Assembly: GCA_963551305.1 (NCBI GenBank)
Contig: CAUVGG010000001.1
Location: 1 to 46,855, forward strand
Direction of reading: 5' to 3'
Source: an uncultured Streptococcus sp.
GTDB taxonomy: Bacteria; Bacillota; Bacilli; Lactobacillales; Streptococcaceae
Length of the DNA: 46,855 nt
Positions within the stretch are counted from its first letter, which is position 1, and every line of letters begins with the position of its first letter. A program made the position numbers and the translations under genes. Shown here one piece after another: positions 1 to 15,347 of the stretch. The notes beneath the pieces were generated by a model. The model was not told the DNA's origin and searched no databases. It worked only from the letters and a program-made list of their open reading frames with translations.

Positions 1-89
1 ATCCTAACAATAATACGCAACAATCAAATACAACCCCTGGCCAACAAAACCAGAACCAAAATCAGAATCCTCAACCAGCACAACCATAA
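1..89 (+). CDS. pbp1a: 3' end of penicillin-binding protein 1A (partial)
   Basis: Frame starting at nt 3 reads PNNNTQQSNTTPGQQNQNQNQNPQPAQP-stop (TAA 87-89), matching the recalled N/Q-rich PBP1a C-terminus of mitis-group streptococci; convergent with the eng region, the expected synteny. Confidence 0.85.
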   Translation, partial: PNNNTQQSNTTPGQQNQNQNQNPQPAQP

Positions 90-94
90 CATTT

Positions 95-123
95 ATCACC
101 CAGATTTTTCTGGGTGATTTTTT
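95..123 (+). terminator. Intrinsic terminator of pbp1a
   Basis: Stem ATCACCCAGA/TCTGGGTGAT followed by a T run, 5 nt after the stop codon. Confidence 0.8.
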
Positions 124-152
124 CATAGCAGTATCGTATTTATGTGCTTGTC

Positions 153-183
153 AAAAGCCTGAGAAGAAATCTTCTCAGGCTTT
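153..183 (-). terminator. Intrinsic terminator of the GH20/GH84 gene
   Basis: Perfect inverted repeat AAAGCCTGAGAAGA-AA-TCTTCTCAGGCTTT with A/T tails, downstream of the stop at 257. Confidence 0.8.
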
Positions 184-256
184 CTGTGTACTATAAACCT
201 CATTGGGAAAGATAGGAAACTGATTTCGTAATCTTGTTAAGAGGTTTTACTAAATA

Positions 257-3200
257 CTAGTCTTTCTTTGTTCTTGCTACAAAGAGAGCAGATAGGGCTA
301 GGCTAACACCTGCTAGGAAGAGGGCCGAATCAGATTGACTCTTACCAGTTGCTGGCAAGATTTGTTCAGCTGTTTCTGGTCTAGCTATTTCTTGCTTATA
401 ATCTGGCGTCTTACCTTGATCGGAAGCTAAAGAGCTAAGTTTAAACTCTGGTTTCTCTACAGTTGGAGCGGCTTGGTCGCCTACTGTTGCTACTGGGCCT
501 GTGTATTCTGGAAGTTCATGTACCAAGGCTTCAACTGCATTGACACCACCATTAAACTCAGGCTTCTCAACTGTCGGAGCTGGTTGGTCGCCTACTGTTG
601 CTACTGGGCCTGTGTATTCTGGAAGTTCATGTACCAAGGCTTCAACTGCATTGACACCACCATTAAACTCAGGCTTCTCAGCTGTCGGTGCCGCTTGGTC
701 TCCGGCTGTTCCAAGTGGGCCTGTGTATTCTGGTACCTCATGCACTGCCGCTTCAACTGCATTGACACCACCTGTGAATTCAGGAACCTCAAGAACGGGT
801 GCTGGCTCTTCACCCTTACTTGATTGAACCGGTTCTTCTGTTAATTCTTGATAGAAGCTCGCCAATTCATAAAACTCGGCCTTGCCACCTTCCCAGGCTA
901 ATTTGACATCTAGAAGAGTGCCACCATTTCGGATAGTGAAGGTTTGGAGACTGGATGTAATGGCACCGAGGTCTAGCCAACTGTCTTGGCCATCCTTGAG
1001 TGTTCTAGCAAGAATACGTGCTTTCGCTCCTTCAGGAAGACTGGAAACGAGACGAAGATGGTTAGCATTGGTCGGCTCAGACAAGTGATACACCAATTCG
1101 CCCTTGTCTTTTTCAGACTTGTAGCTGGTCAAGACTTTGCCGTCTACAAGATTATTATAAAGGTTGCCTTGGCTTTCTCCACCGTTTCCTTCTACTGTTG
1201 GATCATTGATTGGTTTGACAAATTCACCATCGTTGATCACTAATTCTGTAAATCCTACAAAACGGGCATCATAGTCTGCCGTATAGAGGACACGGAGATA
1301 GTTGGCTTTGACTGGAGTCGTCAATTCACCCTCGATGTAGCGATTTCCTGGCATCTTAGAATCATGTGTCCAACCATCTGTCAGAGAATCATCGTGTTGG
1401 CTATTGGCCACACCATCTCCTACTGTAACGACATCAGTCCAAGTTTTACCGTCTTGGCTGACTTGGATCTTACCATCACGAAGATAGTTTTGAGTTCCGT
1501 CTTGGATATAAGCTCTAATCTTCTTGATAGTGCGTTCGCTGCCAAGTTTCAAGGTCACATGACCATCTTTACGAGCATAGTCTGAAAACTCAACGAAGTT
1601 GTTATAAACACCATCAAATAATTGATCTAGGTTGTTCAGTTTACGAACATCATTGCTTCCGTATGTTGGATGAATGCCCATAGTTGTAGATTCTAGTTTG
1701 GTTGGTTGCACTTCTTTAGTCGTCACAAGGAGAGAAGTAGCTGTAACAGCTTGTTCCTGATCTGTTTTGTTGACTAGACGCACATAACGTACCAAGTGGC
1801 TTGCTACAGATCTATCAGTCAACTGGCTAGCTGGCGTCCATTCTTGCGCATTTGCTGAATACTCTAGGCTAAGAGCTGGGTTGGCTTGACCTTGGAGCTG
1901 GATGCTCTTGACCTGATGGATACGGTCAAGTTTCATACCTAGATAGCTATGGGCAGGGAGTTTGGTTCCAGCTGGAATTTGAAGCTCATAATGTCCCAAG
2001 CTATCCACTACCGGCGTTTCCTTCAAGGCATCGACGTTTGTGTCCGTTAACTCACTGTTTCCAGAGCGTGTCTCAACAGAGAAATCCTGGATACGCCACC
2101 AAAGGTCGAGAGCCTTGGTATTGCGTACTCGGATGTAACGAGCATTGATCGCTCTGGTCACTTCCTTGGTTTGCTCACCTGATAGGCGATCCAACTCTTG
2201 CCATGCAGTTCCATCTGTAGAATACTCAAGCACACCTGCAGCAAGTTTATCACCTGTTCCTTGACGAAGGCGAACTTTAGTGACTGACTTGACTTCACCG
2301 AGGTCAAGTTGTGCCCAGGCATCTACTGGAGTGGTATTGCTACCATCAGCATTTGCCATCATGGCTTCTGTATTGTCCTTGCCATCAGTGATTTGACGAG
2401 CTGAGGTATTTAGTTTGTAAACTAAGTTTGAACTTAGACTAACTGTCGTTGCTTGTTGGCTACGAGCTTTTTCAACTGGACGGTTAACTGCAATTTCCTG
2501 AACTGCAAACCAGGTGTTCTCGCGGTCTGCTGTCGCAATCATGCGAACTGCCTTGGCCTTGATGTTGAGATTCTCAAACTTAAGAAGGGATTCATTTCCG
2601 ACATAGCTTGGCTCTTTCAAGGTTACCCAGTTGTCATTTTCATCTTGATACTGCACTTCTGCCTTACTAAAGGTATCACGTGGATTTGCCTGCGTTCCCA
2701 TTGCAAAGGTCAAGGTTTGGATAGCTACCGGCTTGTTGAACTTCATACCAATATAATCACCTGTCTTGATGCTGTTTGGTGATTTAATAATCGCATGAGT
2801 TGCCAAATCACCATCCGTCACTTCTGCCAAACCACCTTCTACACCTGTTCGATTGGTGATAAAGGTGCTGATGATTTGATCTGGATGCAAGACTTTTTGA
2901 ACTTCAGACGCTAGAACTTCCTTCAAGGATAGGATAAATGGACGAATATGTTGAACACCCAATTCAGCTTTTTCCATATGGTCTACATAATGGAAGGTGT
3001 GAGTTTGAGACTGTTCGTACAATTTCAAACCTTTATAGTAGCTATCCCAAAGTTTGGCTGCATCGTTTGTAGCCATGGCTTCAGTTCCTGTAAGGAAGGC
3101 ATCGAGAGCATTCATTTGGTCGATTGCATTATCCAACCAATAGTGGATTTGGGCAACCATTTTTTTATCGCCTGATGCTTTATAGAGTTCGGCTGCTTCT

Positions 3201-6200
3201 TTAATCTTGGCAAATTCTGCACGCAAGGCTGCACGTTCTGCAGTCACATCCTGACCTGCTTTGAGCTTGGTCATGAAGTCTGTTAATTTTGGAGCTAAGT
3301 CTACCGATTCTTCTAGTTTGACGACACGATTATCCATGTTTTGGTTGATCATGTGCTTACCAAGTTCACGGAAGGCTGCTGATACCTTGCTATCTTCAAA
3401 ATGACCATTTTCTACAAAGTTGAAGGCAATGTCATTGATTTTCTTAGCTTCTTCTTCTGATTTCCACTGTTTCCATGAGTATTGAGCTCCTGAAAAGAGG
3501 GCAATCTTAGATGGTTCAGACTGTTGCATTGGGTTCAACATGATACCAGATAGCAAGCTTGGATCCACATTTGGATGAAGGAATTTCTCACCACCACCTA
3601 GAATCAAGTGTTGTTTAGAGTTATCTGTTACAGGCCAGTTAATCCAAAGTGAAACTGGGCGATAGGTCTTGCCACCTGCGGATAGATTGTTCTTGAGAGT
3701 TGAAAGGAAGCTTTCAGAGACTTCACCCCAAATCTTACCCCCCGTCAAGGTCATGGATGTTGAACTTGGGAGATTTTCATTGAGGGATTTCAACTCATCT
3801 TCACGTCCATTACCCCAATACTGGCCAGGAACAAAGATCATTTCTTTACGAAGACCGCTGTAAGTTCCCTGCATTTCAGTCAACCACTTGGTCATATCTT
3901 GCATCAAGCGGTTGTAGCTATTGTAGCCTCCGACTGGGCTTGGAGCATCATCTGCAAGGATACCAAACTCACGGACACCCACTTTCATCAGCTGGGTAAA
4001 TTTAGCCTTAATGGTTGCCAAATCTTCTTGGTAGTGCGCTTCATTGCCAAAGCGGATACGGTTATTCATGAATGGATGGATGGTCCAGACATAGCGAGTT
4101 TTACTTTGATTTCCGACGCGAGCAAGTTCACGGATTTCAGCTAGTTTTTCTTCTGGATAGAGTTCACGCCATTTCTTGTTGTGGTATGGATCATCTTTTG
4201 GTGCAAAGAAGTATTGGTTCAATTTCAAATCGCCACCAAAACGCATGAGTTCCGCGCGATCTGCATTAGACCATGGGTTTCCATAGTAACCTTCGATGAA
4301 ACCACGGTTCTTGAGCACTGCGTAATCTTCCACCGTTACATTGCGAAGAACTGGAACTTGACTTTCCTTGAGCATATGTTTCAAGGTTGTCAAACCATAG
4401 AAAACTGCATCTGTGTCTTTTCCGACGATGGAAATCGAATTATCCTTGATGCTCAAGACATAGGCGTCAATCTTGTCAAAGAGGCCTGCTGAAACATTGG
4501 ACAAGTTTTGCTCTGCTTGTGAGCCTTGTCCATGCACTCCAAGATAGATATTGGTTGCGCCAGCGATTGCTGCCTTACCAGTTGTATAAGATACTTGATT
4601 GTCCTGCAAGACACTCTTCAAGCGATTACGAGTATAGATATCGAGTTGATCGCCCATGACCAGATTGACTTGCTTACGAAGAGCTGTGACTCCTTCTCCA
4701 TAAGTCACTTTTTGTGGCGTTGGGAAGACCTTGTACTCTTTCTTGAGATAGTCTGCGCTCTTGCTGGCAGCTGCAATGCTGTCTTCGCTAGCTGGTTTAC
4801 TTGCAGTGAATTGATCTGCCAATTCAACTGTTCCATCACCTGTTTGGTCTACTTTTGGTTTTTCAGGAGTAGTTGGTTTTTCTGGTTGACTTGGTGCAGG
4901 CGTTTCTTGCTCTTCTTTGACAGGTTTCAATAGATGAACTTCGGCTGCACTTGCAAAACCACCAACACCTTCCAATACTTTTAACTCAATCTTGTTGGTA
5001 TGTACCGCGGCAAAGTTAACTGTTTTTTCTTGGGCATTGTTGTCCCAGTTTCCTTCTGAAACCTTGACCATTTGGCCATCTTTTTGTGCGTAGATTTCGT
5101 AGCGGGTAACGACACCATTTCCACCACCTGGACGTGGGAGATACGTCAAGCCATTGACTTTTTCTGCTTCTTTCAAGGTCATAGTAAGAGTGTATGGCGC
5201 AGTGTCACCAGTCCATTTAGTATGCCAGAAGGTATTTGGATCATTGTCAAAGGCCTTTTCAACAGCGCCTTCAGTCGCATTTCCTGGAAGTTGCTGACTG
5301 CTTGCGGTTGCAGTAATCTTATCATTTGAAATCAAACGAGGATTTACAAAAGGCTTATCAGTCAACTCAGCGCTGTGCAAGATTCCCTTGAAGCCACCGA
5401 TACTTTCAAGTGGCAATACCAAGCTTGTATGAGCCAAACGTGGATGCGCAGGATCCGCGATACGCTCGATCTTTTCACCATCCACATAGACTTCTGTTGA
5501 TTGTGGTTTGGTCACGATGGAGATTTGATAGCGTTTGTTCTTTTCAAGTTTCTTCTTGAACTGGATATGGAACTGTTCAAATTGATAAGCAAGGTAGCCA
5601 TCTTTATCAGCTAGATAGATACGGTTGTCTCCACTTGTTGAGAAGATTTGTTCACCGTCTCCAGTGACAGTTACATCAAACTTCAAGACGTGACTTGGAC
5701 CAACATCACCAGCCAAGCCTTCGATACTGCTGTCTTTCTCAAAAGCCAATCCCTGTTCGCTTGCCTTCACTTTCTTACTTGCATAGTTCTTGACTGTTTC
5801 AGGATTGATGGTAAACAAGTCGCTTTGATCAATCTCTTTATCAGGATTTGACTGTGGTGCATAAGGGCTTGTTGGTAGGGTGCGTTCTGCAAAGGTCGCA
5901 GCCGCACGATCGGATCCCCAAGTACGTTCTGCAGTAGTTTGCATGCTCTTGAAGAAGCGTTTAAAGATATCATAAGAGGTCAAACCTGTCTCATGAAGGT
6001 CGATGTTATCATTCCAAACTGCGTGCCCACCACCAATAATACTTGGATGAGAAGCTGGTAGAAGTGGACCTCCACCTGTTCTAAAATCATTCGGTGTCCA
6101 GCTATTGTACTGACGTTCGTAGTTAGCATAGTCCCCATAAGCTGCTTGACTATTACTTCCACTTGGGACACTATATGTAGGCACATCCGTAATGTTGATA

Positions 6201-8518
6201 ATCTTAGCTCCCTGAGCGATGGCTTCATTTGGTCGTTGCCAATGGATGCTCCAAATATCAACCTCTACTCCGTTCCAATCAACAGGAGTGTTCCCACGTT
6301 TCGCACTGAGTGAGCCCCAGATACGAGGAGTATAGCCTTTAGATTTGATATATTGGGTCAAGTCATTGACATAGCGGCGATAACTTTCGCGGCTGCCATA
6401 GTATTCATCCGTTCCGATATGAACAGTAGATACCCCATGAAGCGGTGCATCTGGACCATCGAGGAGTTTGTCATAAACTGATTTGACAAAAGCCAGCGTT
6501 TCATCGTATTTTTTATCTAGGTCTAGCATAGCTACGCGCTCGACATTGTGCTTGCCTGCATAATCGCTCAAACTACCTTGATACATGAGGTCTGGGCGGA
6601 CTTTGACAAAGGACAAGGCGTGACCTGGTGTGTCAATTTCTGGCACTAGGTTGATATGCAAGGCCTTGGCAAGTTTAATCAGATTTTGCATTTCTTCCTT
6701 GGTATAATGCTCATCTGATGTTAGTTTTTGTCCATTCTTACCGACAATGTCTGTCTCCACACGGAAACCAGTCTTGGCATGGTCAAGGACATACTTGAGT
6801 TGTTCTTCTGGGCTTAAATTCTTACCTGCCAAGTGTTCCTTGAGGAAGATATAGTTATCATTAAGGTGCAACTGCAAGTCGTTCATCTTGTAGTAGGCCA
6901 TGTTGAGCATGATGTCTACAAGAGTGTCATAAGGGATAAATTTACGACCTGTATCCAGCATAAAGCCACGGTGGCTGAAACTTGGGAAATCACGAATTTC
7001 GCCATTTTGTAAGTCTGTTTCTCCCATTTGAAGAAGAGTACGAGTAGCGTAGAAGGCTCCTGTGTTCGTTGCGGCTTCGATGGTAATCACATCACCTTGG
7101 ATAGTGATGCCATAGCCTTCCTTGCCATAACCTTTGTTTTCAACCTTTTTAAACTCGATTCGTTTTTGAGCCTGCTTGTCACCTATTGCAAGTTCCAATC
7201 CACGGCTTGCAAGGTCTGACTGGTAGAAGCTTGCAGCCTGATCAAATCCTGAATCTCCTGTCGCAAGAACTGTATCTGAAGTGATAGAAGATTGGCCTTC
7301 TTTCCCATACCATTGTTGAACAGCTGGTGCTACTTTTGGTTTCACACCCACACCCTCGTCCTGATGTAGACCTTTGATGACTACTTCAAATTCCTTAGTG
7401 AAAGTATGGCTGTCTTTGATTTGCTGCACCATAACCTTAACGCGTTGTTCTGTCAGAGGTTTATGGATACGATTTTGAAGGTCAATTACACCTTGTTTGT
7501 TGCTTCCGATGAGACTGACTTTTCCTGGTAAAGTTGGCAAAACAAGAGATTGTCCGTCTTCTGCTACTGTTAGTTCTGTTACTTGGCGGATATCCGTTAC
7601 CTTACTATGGTCCGGAACGTTAGAATAAGCTCGAATTTCTTGGATTCCAACGTTTCTCCAGCCCATTGTGCCCGCTTGATAGTCATTGATCTCTAATTTG
7701 AGGTACTTAGCTTTGATACTTTCAGCTAGATCTACTTTCTCATCTAAAACAGGATCTCCAGTCTTGGTATGAGCGAGTTTCCATTGTTTTTCTCCGTTAG
7801 CGCCCACGTCTTCTTGACCTGCGTAGTAGAGACTCCAAGATTTGATATTTGGATCATTTTGCCCATTACGAAGACGACGATCCCAGTCTATTTCTACATG
7901 CTTGATGAGGGTAGTTTTTGGAAGAGTTAGTTCAATCGTTGGTTTTACTGCATCTCTATCTGTAGCCCACCGAGTATTGTCATCTCCATCAATAGCCTTA
8001 TCTGCAGTAAAGTGAGTCCCAGTCTCATGGTTGCTCGCCTGAGCAGTAGCACCTTCGAGATGGTTGACATCTTCTCTATCTTCGATTTGCTTTTCCGCTG
8101 GTTTTGGTGCTGGTGTAGTGGTTTCCGCTGGTTGATTGTCTTCCTTTGGTGTTTCAACCGGTTTCGGAGTTTCTGCTGGCTTGGGACTTGTAGGACTTGT
8201 CTCTGGTTTTGCCTCTTCACTTGTTGCAGGATTGCTTCCTTCGTCAGTCGCTGGAGTCTCTTCATGACTTGCTTCTGTTGCAGCTTCTGTTGCAGCTTCT
8301 GCATCCGCCTTTTCAAGCGCAGCAGCTAAATCATCGGGTAACTTATCCAGCGCTTCAACATGGGTGATGCTTCCCTCTGTTTCTGAAGGCGCTGCTGTTT
8401 CTGCTGCCTGAACCATATTGGCACCAAAGATACTAGCACCAATCATAACGGAGGCTGCACCGATTGCAAATTTTCTTATACTATAGTGACAGCGTTTCTC
8501 AAAAAAATGTCTATCCAT
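257..8518 (-). CDS. Cell-wall-anchored multidomain beta-N-acetylhexosaminidase: YSIRK signal, F5/8 (CBM32-like) domains, GH20 domain, GH84 domain, stalk repeats, LPATG anchor (2753 aa)
   Basis: YSIRKF signal; GH20 motifs HRGFMLDTGR, LHLNDN, PEIDTPGH, HIGTDEY; GH84 motifs RGFIEGYYGNPWS, APKDDPYH, GILADDA; discoidin-like motifs (AIDGDDNTRW, AFDNDPNTFWH); LPATG, hydrophobic stretch and basic tail; RBS AGGAG. Confidence 0.9.
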   Translation of the reverse strand: MDRHFFEKRCHYSIRKFAIGAASVMIGASIFGANMVQAAETAAPSETEGSITHVEALDKLPDDLAAALEKADAEAATEAATEASHEETPATDEGSNPATSEEAKPETSPTSPKPAETPKPVETPKEDNQPAETTTPAPKPAEKQIEDREDVNHLEGATAQASNHETGTHFTADKAIDGDDNTRWATDRDAVKPTIELTLPKTTLIKHVEIDWDRRLRNGQNDPNIKSWSLYYAGQEDVGANGEKQWKLAHTKTGDPVLDEKVDLAESIKAKYLKLEINDYQAGTMGWRNVGIQEIRAYSNVPDHSKVTDIRQVTELTVAEDGQSLVLPTLPGKVSLIGSNKQGVIDLQNRIHKPLTEQRVKVMVQQIKDSHTFTKEFEVVIKGLHQDEGVGVKPKVAPAVQQWYGKEGQSSITSDTVLATGDSGFDQAASFYQSDLASRGLELAIGDKQAQKRIEFKKVENKGYGKEGYGITIQGDVITIEAATNTGAFYATRTLLQMGETDLQNGEIRDFPSFSHRGFMLDTGRKFIPYDTLVDIMLNMAYYKMNDLQLHLNDNYIFLKEHLAGKNLSPEEQLKYVLDHAKTGFRVETDIVGKNGQKLTSDEHYTKEEMQNLIKLAKALHINLVPEIDTPGHALSFVKVRPDLMYQGSLSDYAGKHNVERVAMLDLDKKYDETLAFVKSVYDKLLDGPDAPLHGVSTVHIGTDEYYGSRESYRRYVNDLTQYIKSKGYTPRIWGSLSAKRGNTPVDWNGVEVDIWSIHWQRPNEAIAQGAKIINITDVPTYSVPSGSNSQAAYGDYANYERQYNSWTPNDFRTGGGPLLPASHPSIIGGGHAVWNDNIDLHETGLTSYDIFKRFFKSMQTTAERTWGSDRAAATFAERTLPTSPYAPQSNPDKEIDQSDLFTINPETVKNYASKKVKASEQGLAFEKDSSIEGLAGDVGPSHVLKFDVTVTGDGEQIFSTSGDNRIYLADKDGYLAYQFEQFHIQFKKKLEKNKRYQISIVTKPQSTEVYVDGEKIERIADPAHPRLAHTSLVLPLESIGGFKGILHSAELTDKPFVNPRLISNDKITATASSQQLPGNATEGAVEKAFDNDPNTFWHTKWTGDTAPYTLTMTLKEAEKVNGLTYLPRPGGGNGVVTRYEIYAQKDGQMVKVSEGNWDNNAQEKTVNFAAVHTNKIELKVLEGVGGFASAAEVHLLKPVKEEQETPAPSQPEKPTTPEKPKVDQTGDGTVELADQFTASKPASEDSIAAASKSADYLKKEYKVFPTPQKVTYGEGVTALRKQVNLVMGDQLDIYTRNRLKSVLQDNQVSYTTGKAAIAGATNIYLGVHGQGSQAEQNLSNVSAGLFDKIDAYVLSIKDNSISIVGKDTDAVFYGLTTLKHMLKESQVPVLRNVTVEDYAVLKNRGFIEGYYGNPWSNADRAELMRFGGDLKLNQYFFAPKDDPYHNKKWRELYPEEKLAEIRELARVGNQSKTRYVWTIHPFMNNRIRFGNEAHYQEDLATIKAKFTQLMKVGVREFGILADDAPSPVGGYNSYNRLMQDMTKWLTEMQGTYSGLRKEMIFVPGQYWGNGREDELKSLNENLPSSTSMTLTGGKIWGEVSESFLSTLKNNLSAGGKTYRPVSLWINWPVTDNSKQHLILGGGEKFLHPNVDPSLLSGIMLNPMQQSEPSKIALFSGAQYSWKQWKSEEEAKKINDIAFNFVENGHFEDSKVSAAFRELGKHMINQNMDNRVVKLEESVDLAPKLTDFMTKLKAGQDVTAERAALRAEFAKIKEAAELYKASGDKKMVAQIHYWLDNAIDQMNALDAFLTGTEAMATNDAAKLWDSYYKGLKLYEQSQTHTFHYVDHMEKAELGVQHIRPFILSLKEVLASEVQKVLHPDQIISTFITNRTGVEGGLAEVTDGDLATHAIIKSPNSIKTGDYIGMKFNKPVAIQTLTFAMGTQANPRDTFSKAEVQYQDENDNWVTLKEPSYVGNESLLKFENLNIKAKAVRMIATADRENTWFAVQEIAVNRPVEKARSQQATTVSLSSNLVYKLNTSARQITDGKDNTEAMMANADGSNTTPVDAWAQLDLGEVKSVTKVRLRQGTGDKLAAGVLEYSTDGTAWQELDRLSGEQTKEVTRAINARYIRVRNTKALDLWWRIQDFSVETRSGNSELTDTNVDALKETPVVDSLGHYELQIPAGTKLPAHSYLGMKLDRIHQVKSIQLQGQANPALSLEYSANAQEWTPASQLTDRSVASHLVRYVRLVNKTDQEQAVTATSLLVTTKEVQPTKLESTTMGIHPTYGSNDVRKLNNLDQLFDGVYNNFVEFSDYARKDGHVTLKLGSERTIKKIRAYIQDGTQNYLRDGKIQVSQDGKTWTDVVTVGDGVANSQHDDSLTDGWTHDSKMPGNRYIEGELTTPVKANYLRVLYTADYDARFVGFTELVINDGEFVKPINDPTVEGNGGESQGNLYNNLVDGKVLTSYKSEKDKGELVYHLSEPTNANHLRLVSSLPEGAKARILARTLKDGQDSWLDLGAITSSLQTFTIRNGGTLLDVKLAWEGGKAEFYELASFYQELTEEPVQSSKGEEPAPVLEVPEFTGGVNAVEAAVHEVPEYTGPLGTAGDQAAPTAEKPEFNGGVNAVEALVHELPEYTGPVATVGDQPAPTVEKPEFNGGVNAVEALVHELPEYTGPVATVGDQAAPTVEKPEFKLSSLASDQGKTPDYKQEIARPETAEQILPATGKSQSDSALFLAGVSLALSALFVARTKKD
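452..784 (-). repeat. Three tandem 111-bp (37-aa) stalk repeats, each containing a SIALI-17-like unit
   Basis: Unit PEF(T/N)GGVNAVEA(A/L)VHE(V/L)PEYTGP..T.GDQ.APT.EK; DNA period 111 nt (e.g. 481 vs 592). Confidence 0.9.
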
Positions 8519-8549
8519 CTTTCTCCTATTCCTTTCATCCGCTTACATG

Positions 8550-8563
8550 AGTAAGCGGTATCA
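8550..8563 (-). promoter_or_regulatory. cre-like (CcpA) site upstream of the GH20/GH84 gene
   Basis: Minus strand TGATACCGCTTACT resembles TGWAANCGNTNWCW; overlaps the inverted repeat CCGCTTAC-ATGA-GTAAGCGG (8539-8558). Confidence 0.55.
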
Positions 8564-8574
8564 TTTCTCCTTTG

Positions 8575-8604
8575 AAAAAAGGAGAGAACCTAGAGGTCCT
8601 CTCC
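8575..8604 (-). terminator. Intrinsic terminator after eng
   Basis: Minus-strand RNA GGAGAGGACC-UCUA-GGUUCUCUCC-UUUUUU; the G-U pair only forms on this strand. Confidence 0.8.
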
Positions 8605-8659
8605 GGCTGTTTAATCCTATTTGATTCGAGTTCCTTTTGACTGCTAAAATCAAGTCTCA

Positions 8660-15160
<6,501 letters not shown>

Positions 15161-15195
15161 TTAACTGTCATAAATAAAAAAATAATTATGCTTTT

Positions 15196-15224
15196 AATAT
15201 AACAAATAATATCTAAGAAAGCAA
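15196..15224 (-). promoter_or_regulatory. sigmaA promoter of eng
   Basis: TTGCTT-17 nt-TATATT with the extended -10 TG. Confidence 0.6.
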
Positions 15225-15292
15225 TAGGAAAAAGGAAAATTCGCAAAAATTTCTCAAGACACCCCAAATTTAAAAGCTAGCTTTAAAGATAT

Positions 15293-15332
15293 AAAAAGGA
15301 CTTAGCATCCAAGAGGAATACTAAATCCTTTC
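15293..15332 (-). terminator. Intrinsic terminator of aliA
   Basis: Imperfect stem AAAGGACTTAGCAT/ATACTAAATCCTTT whose mismatches are G-U pairs on the minus strand, followed by a U tail. Confidence 0.65.
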
Positions 15333-15347
15333 TCCTATCCTGCAAAA

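Noticed and set aside
8535..8564. 9-codon uORF MIPLTHVSG upstream of the GH20/GH84 gene
   Set aside because: AGGAG is only 2 nt from the ATG, and the equivalent position in the eng leader is ATG-TAA; better explained as part of the cre-like site
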